64,000 bases of DNA from Amphiscolops sp. MND2022. Taxonomy: Eukaryota. Where the stretch lies: contig OZ076409.1 in the NCBI GenBank assembly GCA_964187785.1, positions 89,034,001 to 89,098,000 on the forward strand. The letters are read 5' to 3'. The position numbers and the translations under genes were made by a program. Below, one piece after another: positions 63,101-64,000 of this stretch (positions are counted from its first letter, which is position 1; each line of letters opens with the position of its first letter). The notes below the pieces were generated by a model that had not been told where the DNA came from, ran no database searches, and saw nothing but the letters and a program-made list of their open reading frames with translations.

Positions 63101-64000
63101 CCGGTTTCGAGTGTGGGGCAAACTCGGTGTGCACATACATTGAGGCCATAGACGCAAAGAGATGCGTGTGCCAAGGAGACACAGTGCGCAATCACACTGC
63201 TAATGATGGTAAGTTGGGAGTGACAATAGTGAGTAGACAAATAAAAAAGTGAACTTAGTAAATTATTATGTCTTAGATCTACTTGACAACTAGTTCTAAG
63301 AAAAATTTTAGCGAACTATCTAGTACGTTTATCATATTGGGTCAACATAAATTGTGTCAAAGTTTGCTGAAGAGATAATGAATAGCAATAACAAAGAAAT
63401 TCCAGCATAAGTAAAGTTATTCAATGGAGAAACCGCTCATTTCAATATCAAGTTTTGTATTTTTTGTGCTGCTTTTCTACATTTCCATATTCTGGTGTCC
63501 AATGATTTATTCAATAGTGGCAGTAGATGCTTTAAATTCTAAAGTTTAATCATAAAAATCTCGGTTGTGAACAACTCAAAAACAAGCACCGTGTAGATTC
63601 ACTGGAACAAAGCCGTATATGTTTCATCATGAAAAAATTCAACTTTCATGATGAAAAAATTCGAAAATGTGTTTCTCATCATTTTTGGAAACTCCAAACA
63701 TAGCAGCGGTCATTTTGGCTGGTTGATTCCAGGACAATGCGTGACATGCGAGGAAGGACTCCTTGGGTTCCTGAGTTTCTGTGACCGCGGAATGTGTTCA
63801 GGTGGGAAGTGTGACTGTCACACTGGTTATGTGAGAGACCCAGTCAACAACACTTGTGTCCAGTGTAAAGACCCCTGGCTGCCTGAAATTCGGTGCAACG
63901 AAACCTATGCCAACACCTCCTGCTACATCGTTAGAGTCTTTCACTACCCTCGTTGGAACTGCTTGAACGTTTTATAAGTTTTTGTAGGTTACCAAGCTAA
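57151..64000 (+). CDS. 5' part of a secreted or membrane Cys-rich protein with EGF/EB-like modules (continues beyond the window)
   Basis: Exons 57151-57271 (signal-peptide-like), 58320-58470, 63099-63208, 63733-63929 and probably 63988 onward; intron phases 1, 2, 1, 0 all join in frame. Repeats such as CVRNSAC...CMCDGG, CGANSVC...CVCQGD and CDRGMCSGGKCDCHTGY. Confidence 0.85.
61378..61730 (+). repeat. HINE-like element copy
   Basis: TTAGTCGGCGCTTTT ... GAGCCTTAGATATGGCGCGGACTTGGGCCGTTCCCGGCTTG. Confidence 0.7.
61735..62383 (+). mobile_element. Internally deleted Tc1/IS630-like DNA transposon
   Basis: TIRs of about 115 bp (TACCTTGTGTCAATTGA / TCAATTGACAAAAGGTA) with TA flanks. Residual N-terminal HTH ORF 61915-62097 (LAKILGINRTTAYSIV). 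Confidence 0.85.
62388..62587. repeat. Foldback palindrome centred on AGAGATCTCT
   Basis: GAGAATGTTTTCCCTGAGTT / AACTCAGGGAAAACATTCTC and flanking arms pair with no spacer. Confidence 0.88.

Overview
AT-rich eukaryotic (animal-like, spliceosomal GT-AG introns) genomic DNA dominated by transposable elements; the species cannot be determined from the sequence. The main feature is a complete 16.4-kb Ty3/gypsy-type LTR retrotransposon on the - strand (14907-31262) with 1915-bp LTRs, a CCGGT target-site duplication, a PBS and a -1 frameshift between gag and pol. Its architecture is unusual. The gag ORF starts about 590 nt inside the 5' LTR and reads through the PBS. An extra ORF runs into the 3' LTR where the polypurine tract should be. 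Between pol and the 3' LTR lies an antisense, intron-containing gene resembling a degenerate hAT transposase with a BED finger. Two diverged relatives are also present: a solo LTR at 10943-12771 and a 3' fragment at 35362-39020. Host genes are a six-exon EXTL3-like glycosyltransferase (45845-51495) and the 5' part of a secreted Cys-rich EGF-like protein gene (57151 to the window end). EXTL3 intron 3 holds two copies of a candidate C/D-box guide RNA complementary to the 5' end of U2 snRNA, and a second C/D-like pair lies just upstream of the gene. The window also contains CRE-clade and Penelope retroelement relics, a deleted Tc1/IS630-like element, several MITEs and foldbacks, and an abundant Helentron/HINE-like short repeat family. 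All homology calls come from motif recognition by eye, not database searches.
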